From: a virus
IMG/VR virus record: IMGVR_UViG_3300026097_000017
Location: 1 to 64,000 of that record
Reading direction: 5' to 3' (one strand)
Length of the DNA: 64,000 bases
The notes below the pieces were generated by a model that was not told the DNA's origin, did not search any database, and worked only from the letters and a program-made list of their open reading frames with translations. Numbering within the stretch: position 1 is the stretch's first letter; each line of letters starts with the position of its first letter. Of the stretch, positions 1 to 9,578 are shown one piece after another. A program made the position numbers and the translations under genes.

Positions 1-23
1 AGTTTTACTCCCCCCCCCTACCT

Positions 24-188
24 TTACCGATAGACCCGACGAGCTTCATAGCTATCGACAGGGACTACAAGACGTTCCCAGTTCTTTACCTTACTGAACT
101 GATTGCTAAGGAGCATGAACGCATGTGGCTCATAGTAGAATGTCTCACCACAATCAAACTCAACACGCATTACAGCAGTGTATTTCAT
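24..188 (-). CDS. small hypothetical protein (54 aa, MKYTAVMRVEFDC...)
   Basis: Read manually; ATGA overlap with the upstream ORF, AGGAG RBS. Confidence 0.6.
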   Translation of the reverse strand: MKYTAVMRVEFDCGETFYYEPHAFMLLSNQFSKVKNWERLVVPVDSYEARRVYR

Positions 189-358
189 ACAGCACTCCTT
201 GGTTCCATCGCATTCTCGAAGTCAGTCAGTTGTTGTTCCTTCTCAAGAAAGAGACGCTCAACAGCTTGCTTCATTGCTCGACGCTCATCAGCTGAACCAT
301 CTTCAATGACAGCAGCAATGTTTCGGAGCATTTCCATTTCTGAAATCAATTCATTCAT
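185..358 (-). CDS. small hypothetical protein (57 aa, MNELISEMEM...)
   Basis: Read manually; AAGGAG RBS, coupled to neighbours. Confidence 0.65.
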   Translation of the reverse strand: MNELISEMEMLRNIAAVIEDGSADERRAMKQAVERLFLEKEQQLTDFENAMEPRSAV

Positions 359-630
359 CACACAGTCTCCTTAGTAGCGAACAGCTTTGCCATATTCTCA
401 AACACGACATTATAAGCAGAACACTCATAACCCCATGAATCAAAGAAGTCATCATCAGACTCAAACGGTGTCTCACCAGTGTGAGTAGCCTTGACATAAT
501 CAGACCAAACTTTTTGAATCGATTCCATGCCAGCCAGCAAGTCGCCAGCACCACGTCCTTCAACAATACGGATAGCTTCGTTCAGGTTAAAATCAACAAC
601 GTAGTAATCTAGCACATTAATCATAATCAA
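358..630 (-). CDS. hypothetical early protein
   Basis: ORF directly downstream of the sigma70 promoter at 658-686. Confidence 0.7.
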   Translation of the reverse strand: MIMINVLDYYVVDFNLNEAIRIVEGRGAGDLLAGMESIQKVWSDYVKATHTGETPFESDDDFFDSWGYECSAYNVVFENMAKLFATKETV

Positions 631-657
631 CTCTCTCTTTTCTCAATCAACACATAT

Positions 658-686
658 AGTATGCATTATTGTCAGAAATAAGTCAA
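658..686 (-). promoter_or_regulatory. sigma70-type early promoter TTGACT-N17-CATACT
   Basis: Consensus boxes, 17-bp spacer. Confidence 0.75.
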
Positions 687-1303
687 GCACTTTCACGAAG
701 TTTTTTCATTTTATTTTTTGATTCCAACCACTCAAGAGGAGAGAGGATCTTGGCACGCACACTCATCTTGAGACCCATTGCTTTGAACTCATTCTTCAGT
801 GCCTTGGAAGCATCAACACCCATGAATCGAGAGACCAACTTCACGAGCGTCTGACGGAAAGTCACGTCATGATGCATGCAACCAGCACAGTGAGCCAGTT
901 CATGAAGAATGGTATACTTGGTAGAGTGACGAGGAGCCAACTGAATGGAGCGTCCATACGCACGTCCAGCAGTCGCAGCATGGTAGCCCATATCCTTCAT
1001 CATTTGAACATAGATCTCTTTCCCACCAGCCAACTCTTTCCAGAGCTTTGACTTGGTGACTCGAGACACATACTTGATTGCTTCTATTTCAGTCAGTGGA
1101 GCATCCTGGTCATAAGACGCTTGGAATTTCCACTCAGCTTGATAAACTTTACTCTTCGAGGAATCTTTATTGGCAGTACGACCAGTCTTCTTCTGCTGAC
1201 TCTTACGTTCAACATACTGACCATACTTCACTGCATCATCATAGTCCATGTACTGCTCAGCATCACGGAAGGCTTGCATACCAGTGGAAGAGAAGTAAGG
1301 CAT
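683..1303 (-). CDS. HEXXH zinc metallopeptidase-like (SprT-like) protein
   Basis: TILHELAH...HHDVTF motif. Confidence 0.65.
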   Translation of the reverse strand: MPYFSSTGMQAFRDAEQYMDYDDAVKYGQYVERKSQQKKTGRTANKDSSKSKVYQAEWKFQASYDQDAPLTEIEAIKYVSRVTKSKLWKELAGGKEIYVQMMKDMGYHAATAGRAYGRSIQLAPRHSTKYTILHELAHCAGCMHHDVTFRQTLVKLVSRFMGVDASKALKNEFKAMGLKMSVRAKILSPLEWLESKNKMKKLRESA

Positions 1304-1334
1304 TCACATTTCCTTTTCAATCAACTACAAAGTG

Positions 1335-1364
1335 ATTATACCTTAGATCGATAGAAAAAGTCAA
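1335..1364 (-). promoter_or_regulatory. sigma70-type promoter TTGACT-N18-TATAAT
   Basis: Consensus boxes upstream of 683..1303. Confidence 0.7.
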
Positions 1365-1367
1365 CAC

Positions 1368-1613
1368 TTATTTTTTCATTCTCATAACTTTCTTGTATTC
1401 TCTCCATAGAGTAGAGCGTTGATTGTATAGATCTTCTATTGTTTCCTCACGTGAGTAGATCTCATAGAACACCTCCTCAGTTTGATGCTTCTCATAGTAA
1501 GGCTCAACTTCACGCTCCTTGTGCTCTATCTGTCGAGTGAGGTTCTTCATCTTCCTTGAGAGACCTTCGAGAACTGCAGCTATACCACCATGATCAGGCT
1601 CATCCCAGTCCAT
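1368..1613 (-). CDS. hypothetical coiled-coil protein
   Basis: ORF with AAGGAG RBS. Confidence 0.6.
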   Translation of the reverse strand: MDWDEPDHGGIAAVLEGLSRKMKNLTRQIEHKEREVEPYYEKHQTEEVFYEIYSREETIEDLYNQRSTLWREYKKVMRMKK

Positions 1614-1735
1614 CAGCGACTCCTTTGAGTGTTATTAGTGTATTTAACACACACCTCCACACATCCACATCACTCACGCTCTCTTTCACCATAACCCTTT
1701 TTTAATCCATTTAATAAATGCATTGTTTGTTACAA

Positions 1736-2428
1736 TCACTCTCTAAAAACCACCTGTTCAGAGTACATTTCATCCCTCATTTCATACCATTCATCAGCAT
1801 AGTCAGTGTTCTTATAACCCTCATGCCAAGGTCCACCACAGGTATAGTGTAGAGCTGATTGTTTTCCTTCTTTATATTCTCCAACTAACCAGTTCCACTC
1901 CATTGGAATCACACCAATATCATCATCATGTACCCATTCAAATCGATGTAATGCTTTAGGAGAGAGATCATTTACTTTCTTTGGAGTTAATTGCTTTACA
2001 CTATCATGATTACAATTAAACACCATGAGACTTGACCAATTCTTTCTTGGATATCGATGTTGTACATTCCCATCAAACTTTCGATATGCATTAGGGAGAT
2101 AATCATGCTGTACCACTGACACTGCTTTTTCTTTATCAATACACTGTATCAGTTCATGTATATCATTGAGGAATAGAAAGTCACAATCACAGAATACTGA
2201 ATAACCTTCATAGTCAGAGAGATAAGGAGTGAGGAATCTTGTCATTGTAAACTCAGTTGATGCATCTTTGTCATGCTTTTGATACAGTCCACGATTTCTC
2301 ATTTCTTTACGTTTGATATAATGAATTTCAGTGGGGATTGTCGCATGCTTCTCGATGCTATACGCACACACATCAGCAGCGATGGGTTCACGACTGTCCC
2401 AGCCTATAAAAACTCTAACTGCTTGCAT
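1736..2428 (-). CDS. GT-A fold glycosyltransferase (GT8-related, plant CDI-like)
   Basis: VFIGWDSRE, STEFTMTRFLTPYL, DCDF (DxD), YPRKNWSS, WNWL, HYTCGGPW. Confidence 0.8.
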   Translation of the reverse strand: MQAVRVFIGWDSREPIAADVCAYSIEKHATIPTEIHYIKRKEMRNRGLYQKHDKDASTEFTMTRFLTPYLSDYEGYSVFCDCDFLFLNDIHELIQCIDKEKAVSVVQHDYLPNAYRKFDGNVQHRYPRKNWSSLMVFNCNHDSVKQLTPKKVNDLSPKALHRFEWVHDDDIGVIPMEWNWLVGEYKEGKQSALHYTCGGPWHEGYKNTDYADEWYEMRDEMYSEQVVFRE

Positions 2429-2972
2429 ATGTACTCACCTGTTTGACACGTTGTAATGAGTCAATGTACTGCTTGTCCAGTTCAGGAGAGTGCACTGGAG
2501 CAACACGTGTCTTTCTCACTGGATTGATTTTGTAACGATCAAAGAAATCAAAGTTCAACAGTGTGATCTGACTGTTTGTATACTCATGAAACCAGTATGT
2601 TGCGATTGTTCCTGTCAATGGACGAGGGATGTTCATTCTCTCAGTCATTGTCTTCCATTCTGCTGGATCCCAAAAGAATGTGTGACTCTCCCATTCAGAT
2701 GGATAGTTGCGCTTCATGTTGACACCATCTCGATCACCATTGCCTCGAATGATGAATCGCTCATCCATGCCATTCTGACTTGCTTGGTATTCAAAGTAGT
2801 CAGTGCTGGTGTTGAGAAACCAAATATCACAGTCACCCCAGCGACGACTGGTGTTGAGACGAACAATGACACCATCAAATGAGATTGGCTGATTTGACAG
2901 ATCCACTGCCGCACCAACAATCAGAATGTCACGATCATCAATGTGTTCTTGTATTTGCTTCTTGGTAATCAT
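2415..2972 (-). CDS. sialyltransferase/GT29-like protein
   Basis: ILIVG...IVRLN...RPLTGTIA...LNFDFF...HSPELDK pattern; start revised to MITKK. Confidence 0.5.
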   Translation of the reverse strand: MITKKQIQEHIDDRDILIVGAAVDLSNQPISFDGVIVRLNTSRRWGDCDIWFLNTSTDYFEYQASQNGMDERFIIRGNGDRDGVNMKRNYPSEWESHTFFWDPAEWKTMTERMNIPRPLTGTIATYWFHEYTNSQITLLNFDFFDRYKINPVRKTRVAPVHSPELDKQYIDSLQRVKQVSTYASS

Positions 2973-3387
2973 TGGGATCCCAGTGTTTTCGATTCTTGAC
3001 AAGTATATGAAAATCATTGTTTGACATGTGGATTTTTTCAATGTCATGATGATTCAATGCATGAAGTTGTTCATGTTCAATTAGCGGAAAGTTGATCTCA
3101 CTCCAATATTGTTCAGGATAGCTGATGATGCAGGGGACAGTGTTCAGCCCCAGCTCACGGCAAGCCCAAAAACGCTGACCACCATGTGTGCACTCGTATG
3201 TTCCTCTGTATAGAATGCATAATGGATAAGTCAGACCATTCTGCTGAATGCTTTGTTTCAACTGCTCAAGCACATACTTCCAGCCATCATGACGTTGCTC
3301 ATACCAGTCAGCAGGTCTTTTGTCATAAACAATCTGATCTATGCTCAACTCAGCAAAGGCAACCTTGAACTTTTGATTGTTTTGCAT
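2938..3387 (-). CDS. ParB/Srx-like domain protein
   Basis: LKQSIQQNGLTYPL...HGGQRFWACRELG...VPC. Confidence 0.7.
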   Translation of the reverse strand: MQNNQKFKVAFAELSIDQIVYDKRPADWYEQRHDGWKYVLEQLKQSIQQNGLTYPLCILYRGTYECTHGGQRFWACRELGLNTVPCIISYPEQYWSEINFPLIEHEQLHALNHHDIEKIHMSNNDFHILVKNRKHWDPNDYQEANTRTH

Positions 3388-3398
3388 ACTTGATGTTT

Positions 3399-3650
3399 CT
3401 ATTCTATTAGGTTGCTGTACTTCTTTAGTTTTTTTAGCTTTTCTGGAACTCTCTTTGCAACAGCATTCAGATCAATCACATCATGCATTGATGCAAGCAT
3501 GAGCATCGCAGCAACATCACCAATTTCTTTCTCTAGATTGCTCATGTCTTCATTGTTGAATCGTATCAACTTGGAGCATTCCTGTATCACCTCAGCGCAC
3601 TCTTCAGCAAGAATGATCAGAAGCTCTTTGTACTGTTCATCAGTCATCAT
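3399..3650 (-). CDS. MazG-like NTP pyrophosphohydrolase
   Basis: LAEECAEVIQ...LEKEIGDV. Confidence 0.75.
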   Translation of the reverse strand: MMTDEQYKELLIILAEECAEVIQECSKLIRFNNEDMSNLEKEIGDVAAMLMLASMHDVIDLNAVAKRVPEKLKKLKKYSNLIE

Positions 3651-4015
3651 GAGAGAATGTGTTGTTTCAAATCAGGAGGAGTCCAACCATCAGGCTTCAG
3701 GACTTTGCCATCTGCACGTTTCTTGACTTTCCCTGTTGTAGGATCAATCTTCGCGAAGTTGGTCTTCATCACTTCATTCCACGCATCTTCAGGTTTGACA
3801 CCGAGTGAGTGTAATGCACCAGTTGTAACAACAAGAATGTCAACCAATGCATCCAGTGTTTCAATCTTGTCCTCTGCTCTCAATGCAGCTGAGAGTTCAG
3901 CACATTCCTCAGCAATCAGTTCAACATACAGTGCCAGCTGATTGCCATTGGTCACATCAACTGTTTGATCACATGCTACCATGAACTTCTTTTGATCTTC
4001 AAATATGTTTGTCAT
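3647..4015 (-). CDS. MazG/PRA-PH-like NTP pyrophosphohydrolase
   Basis: LIAEECAEL...DALVDILVV...EVMKTNFAK...DGKVLKPDGW. Confidence 0.8.
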   Translation of the reverse strand: MTNIFEDQKKFMVACDQTVDVTNGNQLALYVELIAEECAELSAALRAEDKIETLDALVDILVVTTGALHSLGVKPEDAWNEVMKTNFAKIDPTTGKVKKRADGKVLKPDGWTPPDLKQHILS

Positions 4016-4293
4016 TTTTTCTTCTCTTTCTCATCATGAATGTGTAGTTGAATCAAAGCATAATGTAATACTTTCATCAAATCTTTTCTTGCGTCTTCAG
4101 CTGATCCTTTGTTCCCATAACGCTGGGCATACTTTAACACATTACCAATACAAAATCCAGTGCCATGTCCACCATCAATAATGAACTCAGTGGCTTGAAA
4201 CTTGTTCTGAGAATAATGCGAAGTGTATGTGCTGTTGACATAATCAGTCAGCTCTTTCAGATTCTTTCCTTCATTGAACTTGTAATCAATCAT
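4012..4293 (-). CDS. DUF3310-like protein
   Basis: TYTSHY...GFCIGNVLKYAQRYG.K...DLMKVLHYA. Confidence 0.75.
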   Translation of the reverse strand: MIDYKFNEGKNLKELTDYVNSTYTSHYSQNKFQATEFIIDGGHGTGFCIGNVLKYAQRYGNKGSAEDARKDLMKVLHYALIQLHIHDEKEKKK

Positions 4294-4312
4294 AAATCTT
4301 GATCCCAATGAT

Positions 4313-4642
4313 TTACCCTTCGCGACTTAAATCCCAGCGCACCTTGTTTGGTGGGGCTGGGCGTGTTTGCTTTTTTACGTTATGAAACACTCCCCATGTG
4401 ATGAACACACAAGCAATCAATGCGATATGCCCGATAATGCTATACCCAATAAAGAGCAGTTCTGCAGTATAAATGCCAAACGCAATGCACCACATACTCG
4501 CAAGCAAGCTCATCAATAAAAACCGATACTCACTCGGCGAATGCTTCAATGCATTCTTCGATCCATCTAATAGACCATAGGCGAACTTGCCTAAGTTAAT
4601 CCAACCCATCATTTTCTTTATCCTCTTGTTCTTTCCTATCAC
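4313..4642 (-). CDS. membrane protein (2 TM)
   Basis: Two hydrophobic segments. Confidence 0.65.
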   Translation of the reverse strand: MIGKNKRIKKMMGWINLGKFAYGLLDGSKNALKHSPSEYRFLLMSLLASMWCIAFGIYTAELLFIGYSIIGHIALIACVFITWGVFHNVKKQTRPAPPNKVRWDLSREG

Positions 4643-4902
4643 TCATCAAACTCATAGGATTCATGATTCACAGAAAAGTAATCAAGAATCAGATCAAATG
4701 CTTCAATGCGACGACTGATTTCAAATGCATCTTCTTCAGCATTATTGACCACAAACACATTATTACTGTGACCAGCCTTTGCATTTTCATATTCGTTGAT
4801 CATTCCTTCACGTGCCTGCTTCAATCCATGGACAGTCAATGAGTCCACAACATCCAATACAGCACCACTCAACGTGTCATCATCGATATTAATATTGATC
4901 AT
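4639..4902 (-). CDS. hypothetical protein
   Basis: Coupled ORF, GAGGTGA RBS. Confidence 0.65.
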   Translation of the reverse strand: MININIDDDTLSGAVLDVVDSLTVHGLKQAREGMINEYENAKAGHSNNVFVVNNAEEDAFEISRRIEAFDLILDYFSVNHESYEFDE

Positions 4903-5173
4903 TACTCACCTCTACAAATACATCTCTTTTAATAAAAAGTCTTTTGATCGGACGTCCATCAATTTCCATTCCGATCGTGATATATGGACCACCACTTGGA
5001 TCATACATTCCAAGATCATTCATGTCCATCTTTTCTTGTCCCTCTTTTCCACCCCATCGAGCATAATTCGGTCCATTACTAGTCATATCAAATCGATAGG
5101 TATTCTCATCAATCACGATCCATGAATACTCATCGCCATATCGATTGGTATATGTCTTTCCTGATTCAAACAT
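4889..5173 (-). CDS. hypothetical protein
   Basis: Coupled ORF. Confidence 0.7.
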   Translation of the reverse strand: MFESGKTYTNRYGDEYSWIVIDENTYRFDMTSNGPNYARWGGKEGQEKMDMNDLGMYDPSGGPYITIGMEIDGRPIKRLFIKRDVFVEVSNDQY

Positions 5174-5510
5174 TCCACTGATCCTCTTCCTCTTTCATCT
5201 TCGCTTGTTCGCTGTGACCGATCGGTGTAACATGATTCTTGACGATTACCGTATCGTCCCACTGACTAAACATAGGTTCGTCTTTGCGATACTGCGCAAT
5301 TGCCTCTTCAAGACTCACTTCACGAGTCGACACGATTGTCTCACCAAGATGGTGTTGTGTAAACTCCTTTGCTTCTTCGCACGTGACCATGTCCATTGCA
5401 TAGTTTTCTGGAGTACAAGGATACTCTCCCTTTTCAACATCATCTGGTACTTCAACAACGTATCTCATTCTAAATTGAGAGATAGTATCTACCATAATAT
5501 ATTTGCTCAT
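5166..5510 (-). CDS. hypothetical protein
   Basis: Coupled ORF. Confidence 0.7.
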   Translation of the reverse strand: MSKYIMVDTISQFRMRYVVEVPDDVEKGEYPCTPENYAMDMVTCEEAKEFTQHHLGETIVSTREVSLEEAIAQYRKDEPMFSQWDDTVIVKNHVTPIGHSEQAKMKEEEDQWNV

Positions 5511-5839
5511 AACTCGACCAACTCTACCATATCACCGAACTCCTCTTTCAGTCGGTTGTATATTCCAGCATTGCTCATTCGCAATCCTTGAGATTCTTTT
5601 AATAAGTTATATGTGCTACCAGTTTCTGTGATTGCTGTTATCCACTCACTGTCAATGTCTATATTAAGTTCCTTTATAGGGCTGCTCATACGCCAACTAT
5701 CACCATCAAGATATCCACCACTCCAGCCACACAGAATCTTTTGAAACTGTTCACCTTCGTAGTTGACTTCTAAGATAACCCAACTGTTCGGAGTAATACC
5801 ATCTTCTCTAGGCATCTGCATTGTTTCATCAATCATCAT
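5507..5839 (-). CDS. conserved phage hypothetical protein
   Basis: WSGGYLDGDSWRMSS motif common in large phages. Confidence 0.7.
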   Translation of the reverse strand: MMIDETMQMPREDGITPNSWVILEVNYEGEQFQKILCGWSGGYLDGDSWRMSSPIKELNIDIDSEWITAITETGSTYNLLKESQGLRMSNAGIYNRLKEEFGDMVELVEL

Positions 5840-6290
5840 TCAACCTCATCACTTCATCAATAAACACTTTTAAAGTTTTATCTTCATCTTGTAAACTATA
5901 CCTTACTTTTTGATCTTTGTCAAGGTATTTTACATACCCACGACCAGATTCATCAATCACCTCAAGACGATTCACTTGACGCATCGCTTGATAGTCTTCA
6001 CCATCACCAATCGCATTGTGTATTGCCATGAAACCGCAGTCCATGCCATTCCTATACATGCCACCATCAAAGCCAAACACATCGTACAATGCCCAACGAT
6101 AGGTGCCACGGTCTTGCAGTTCTGCTTTGTGAATACGCTTACAGACAGCGTAGAATGCCCACTCTCGCTCATCTTCGTGCAAGTTATTCCACCAATCATC
6201 TACTGCGGATTCGTGTAAAATTCTCTGTGTTTCCATTTCCTGACTAAAATCAGACAGTTCTTGTAGCCCCTTTTCAAGTTCTTCGTTCAT
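5829..6290 (-). CDS. hypothetical protein
   Basis: ORF with AAGGAG RBS. Confidence 0.7.
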   Translation of the reverse strand: MNEELEKGLQELSDFSQEMETQRILHESAVDDWWNNLHEDEREWAFYAVCKRIHKAELQDRGTYRWALYDVFGFDGGMYRNGMDCGFMAIHNAIGDGEDYQAMRQVNRLEVIDESGRGYVKYLDKDQKVRYSLQDEDKTLKVFIDEVMRLNDD

Positions 6291-6293
6291 CGA

Positions 6294-6500
6294 CTACTCC
6301 TTGTATGCGATCAGTGCGTTCAATGCTTCCCACTGACCCCAAGTCAAACTGAATCGTTGATCGCCATTTGAGTCAATCATCACATCAACACCCTCACCAT
6401 TACTCCACTCACATACTTCCATGTAGTCATTGTCTTTTGCAGTATGATCATACGGTTTTAGATATGTGAACTTGGCAGTTCTTTCACCAATTTCAATCAT
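6294..6500 (-). CDS. hypothetical protein
   Basis: EVCEWSNGEGVD motif, in operon. Confidence 0.65.
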   Translation of the reverse strand: MIEIGERTAKFTYLKPYDHTAKDNDYMEVCEWSNGEGVDVMIDSNGDQRFSLTWGQWEALNALIAYKE

Positions 6501-6510
6501 TTTCTAATCC

Positions 6511-6744
6511 TCAATATCCAGGAGCTGAGTATTCTGTGGTCTTAGTGTATACGGCAAAGCCATCTGACCCATAGGCTGGACACACCAAGATTTTCTCAGG
6601 CAATCCCACTTGATCTTTTTCACCACCTTCACCACAGATGAAATACCGTCCGCTCTGTTTAGGAGCACTGTGCATCCAAATGTTTTTGAGTCTCTCAAAC
6701 AACTCGTATTCTTTGTCAGTGATCGTTTTCATTCGTCTGCCCAC
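6511..6744 (-). CDS. hypothetical protein
   Basis: In operon; true start may be the later MKTIT. Confidence 0.6.
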   Translation of the reverse strand: MGRRMKTITDKEYELFERLKNIWMHSAPKQSGRYFICGEGGEKDQVGLPEKILVCPAYGSDGFAVYTKTTEYSAPGY

Positions 6745-7034
6745 CGAATTTTTATTCCAGTCTCTTCTTCAAACGTGTCAATCAATTCATGATAGCCATA
6801 CAGTCTTTCTGTTTTAAAATTGTCCAACCAATCGCCGAGTTTGTTCCAGTCTTCACCGTGCATGGGAGCAAGACTGTATTCATTCCAGCCATCATAACCT
6901 TCTTTACTACTGTCACGAATATCAATACGACCTGCTGAATAGTATGTGGTAATTTTGTTATTTTCAACCAACCCACGTTCTTCGAACCATTGCATATTGA
7001 CTGGTCCCATCCAGTTAGTGCTGTAGGTGATCAT
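6729..7034 (-). CDS. hypothetical protein
   Basis: GGAG RBS. Confidence 0.7.
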   Translation of the reverse strand: MITYSTNWMGPVNMQWFEERGLVENNKITTYYSAGRIDIRDSSKEGYDGWNEYSLAPMHGEDWNKLGDWLDNFKTERLYGYHELIDTFEEETGIKIRWADE

Positions 7035-7051
7035 AACTGCTCCATTTCTAC

Positions 7052-7771
7052 TCAGTCACTTCCATGTTCTTGTTCATATTCAAACCGATCTCTCGTTTCT
7101 AACAAAAGATCAGTCCAATCATTACGATTCTCAACAAACACCTGAGGTGTATCACCATCAACTGCAATCATCACAACCAAATTAGGAACAGCGATTCCCG
7201 TTCTTTCTTCAAACATTATACTATAAGCTGCACACTGAAGAAAGTAATTTCCGATCTGACTCTTTTTCTTAGGACGACTGCTCGTTTTGAAGTCAATGAT
7301 TGCGGGATGCTCACTACCAGCATAATGAGCGACGCAGTCAACACGTCCAGCCATGCGTAAATGATCAGAGTACAGTGGTGCTTCTTGCATATAGATTTGA
7401 TTAATGTTCTCATCGATCAGTGGCTTGATGCTTAGGAACATCTGCATATTGATCGGCATCTCTTCATCAACAGGGATCTCAACGTTGTTCAGGTAATCCT
7501 CACAAAGTTTGTGTACCTTCGTACCACGATTACTTGCCTTGGTAGATATCTCATTGGCTTTCTTTTCACCAACACGCTTCCGCCATGCCTTGATCGCTTT
7601 CTTTGTCAGAATAGAAAGTACAGTTGTCGCTGATGGATACTTATTACCATCAGGAGTCAAATAAAGACGTTTGCCGTTTTCGTTGGTTGTTTTCATTTCA
7701 GCGAGATTGTTATCCCACTGCGCATGCTCAAAGTTACCCTTGAGAATCTTTCCATTTTTTAATGATTTCAC
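7052..7771 (-). CDS. Cas4-like PD-(D/E)XK exonuclease
   Basis: YPSATTVL...RGTKVH...AGRVDC...IIDFKTS...QCAAY. Confidence 0.85.
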   Translation of the reverse strand: MKSLKNGKILKGNFEHAQWDNNLAEMKTTNENGKRLYLTPDGNKYPSATTVLSILTKKAIKAWRKRVGEKKANEISTKASNRGTKVHKLCEDYLNNVEIPVDEEMPINMQMFLSIKPLIDENINQIYMQEAPLYSDHLRMAGRVDCVAHYAGSEHPAIIDFKTSSRPKKKSQIGNYFLQCAAYSIMFEERTGIAVPNLVVMIAVDGDTPQVFVENRNDWTDLLLETRDRFEYEQEHGSD

Positions 7772-8027
7772 GTTTCTTCACCGTAGTTGGGTCTTTACGA
7801 CCATATTTTTCAGCAATGGGTGTCGTAGGATTGGCGTCAGCAATGCGTGACATCATATCCTTAAACCCATCGTCATTTCTTAGTCCATTATTACTTACGA
7901 AACCAACAGGCTGTATTACTGTTGTAATGTGGGGATTGGCGTCGAGGAATCCATCGCGCTCAGCAATGGAACAACTTTCTTCCCAGACTTCATCTGTGTT
8001 TGTGTCTTTGAAAACATAGGTGGGCAT
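7734..8027 (-). CDS. FmdB-like small regulatory protein
   Basis: MPTYVFKD.NT.E.WE N-terminus typical of T4-like phages. Confidence 0.65.
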   Translation of the reverse strand: MPTYVFKDTNTDEVWEESCSIAERDGFLDANPHITTVIQPVGFVSNNGLRNDDGFKDMMSRIADANPTTPIAEKYGRKDPTTVKKREIIKKWKDSQG

Positions 8028-8575
8028 TGTTCACTCTCACTATCAAACCATTTAGGAATAGGACGGTTAGTCCACTTCGCAAATCTTTTCTTCTCATTTA
8101 TGTAGTAGAACTTGTATGACTCAACAGAATCAGGACGCTTACAGTAGTCAGGCATCGCAGGAGGTGGATCACTGAACTCACCCTCAGGCATGTTGGTAGG
8201 AACACGATTGAGCACATCTTTCAATTTAGTGAATGTCAAATGCTCACGACCATACCGATGCTCATATTCATAACTCAATGCATACCACAACTCAAGCAAC
8301 CATATGTAATTCTTATCATTTTTCCTTGCCCACACTGCAGACGGATGATTGATATGACTAGCTTTGTATACGACTGCTTCGTCAGACGGATCTGGAAGAG
8401 TCCAACGACGCACACGTCGTCCAGTTTGAGTTCTGCCCTCATATTCTACACCATCGACAATGCGATGCGCAGTAGAAAGGAGTTGGGCATACTCAATCAC
8501 CATCTTGACAACATGCTTATCGCAGTGTTCGCGAGCACATTGCCAAGGATCATTATGTAAATAAAACACGTTCAT
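7916..8575 (-). CDS. pyrimidine-dimer DNA glycosylase (DenV-like family)
   Basis: MNVFYL...HCDKHVVKM..EYAQLLSTAH...HINHPSAVW. Confidence 0.8.
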   Translation of the reverse strand: MNVFYLHNDPWQCAREHCDKHVVKMVIEYAQLLSTAHRIVDGVEYEGRTQTGRRVRRWTLPDPSDEAVVYKASHINHPSAVWARKNDKNYIWLLELWYALSYEYEHRYGREHLTFTKLKDVLNRVPTNMPEGEFSDPPPAMPDYCKRPDSVESYKFYYINEKKRFAKWTNRPIPKWFDSESEQCPPMFSKTQTQMKSGKKVVPLLSAMDSSTPIPTLQQ

Positions 8576-8769
8576 TAGAAAGGTATCTCATCGTTTGGGT
8601 CAAAGTTTGCCTGATCACCAGATTGTTCAGGATCAGGCAAACTTGATTGTAACGTAATTTCCTGATAAATGTCAAGATTATTTTTACCATGCTTTGCAAC
8701 AAACTGTTCCTGAGTCATATTCATGGCATCTTCTTGCATTTCAAAAAACGCATTACCCATCTTACTCAT
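8575..8769 (-). CDS. hypothetical protein with SSB-like acidic DEIPF tail
   Basis: GGAGG-like RBS; C-terminal DEIPF. Confidence 0.6.
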   Translation of the reverse strand: MSKMGNAFFEMQEDAMNMTQEQFVAKHGKNNLDIYQEITLQSSLPDPEQSGDQANFDPNDEIPF

Positions 8770-8969
8770 ATCTCGCCTCCGCAATGTGGACATTTAGGTT
8801 TGATTTCTCTAATCGTGTCACGAAGATCTTTCGCTTCCACAATTAATTTCTTTAAACGTTCTTTTTGTCGATCACTCTTTGCTTTACTCAGTTCTTTCTT
8901 CAAATCATTCTTGAGAAGATTTAAACGCTGCTCAAAAACACCAGCAAAGGCAGTGATCTTTTTAGCCAT
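8766..8969 (-). CDS. hypothetical protein with C-terminal CPHCG
   Basis: Coupled ORF. Confidence 0.65.
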   Translation of the reverse strand: MAKKITAFAGVFEQRLNLLKNDLKKELSKAKSDRQKERLKKLIVEAKDLRDTIREIKPKCPHCGGEI

Positions 8970-9552
8970 TAGTGATAATCCTATGAACTTCTTTCCAATC
9001 CTGAACTCGTGTAACACTCAGATTCATGTTTTCAAAGTCAGCGTTATGACCATGAGCAATCAAAATGCTCTCTAGTCCACGAACAGCACCGACAACAGCA
9101 TTTTCAGGCTTGTCTTCAATCCAGTAGCAACCTGTTCCGCGATACTTATCCAACTCTTTGTCTTTATCAGCACCAGTGTCTAGGCAAATGACACGCTCAA
9201 TGGCAGTACCGAACAACGCACGCAAGTTCTTCTCACGCAACCGATTAGCAGCTTTATCAAGAGTTTGGCTAGTGATCACACGGAAGACATAACCATGTTC
9301 TTCATGCAGCTTCTTAACATACTTTACTGCATCACGGAATGGTGTCAAATGCTCAATCGTTGCGCTCTCATTGAAAGCACGGACGAGCCGACGTTTTTCT
9401 TCAGGAAGGAGATTATACTTCATAGCAATTTCATATTCTTTGACAGCAACATCATCAAGTGTGTACCCATGCTCACACATCCACTGGTGGAAGGCGAACT
9501 CCCAATCAAGGAGAACGCCATCAGCGTCAGTCAAAATAATTTTATCTTTCAC
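8962..9552 (-). CDS. HAD 5'-deoxyribonucleotidase-like protein (T4 gp30.2-like)
   Basis: DADGVLLDW, WIEDKPEN, HGHN. Confidence 0.8.
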   Translation of the reverse strand: MKDKIILTDADGVLLDWEFAFHQWMCEHGYTLDDVAVKEYEIAMKYNLLPEEKRRLVRAFNESATIEHLTPFRDAVKYVKKLHEEHGYVFRVITSQTLDKAANRLREKNLRALFGTAIERVICLDTGADKDKELDKYRGTGCYWIEDKPENAVVGAVRGLESILIAHGHNADFENMNLSVTRVQDWKEVHRIITNG

Positions 9553-9578
9553 GTATTACCTCAATCAATTCAATATTC

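Noticed and set aside
10-18. C9 homopolymer as a phase-variation tract
   Set aside because: At the window edge with no context; homopolymer length is unreliable
1614-1735. CA-rich intergenic stretch
   Set aside because: No convincing repeat unit, hairpin or supported ORF
7052-7771. Cas4-like gene as evidence of a CRISPR system
   Set aside because: Solo phage exonuclease; no repeat-spacer array seen in the window
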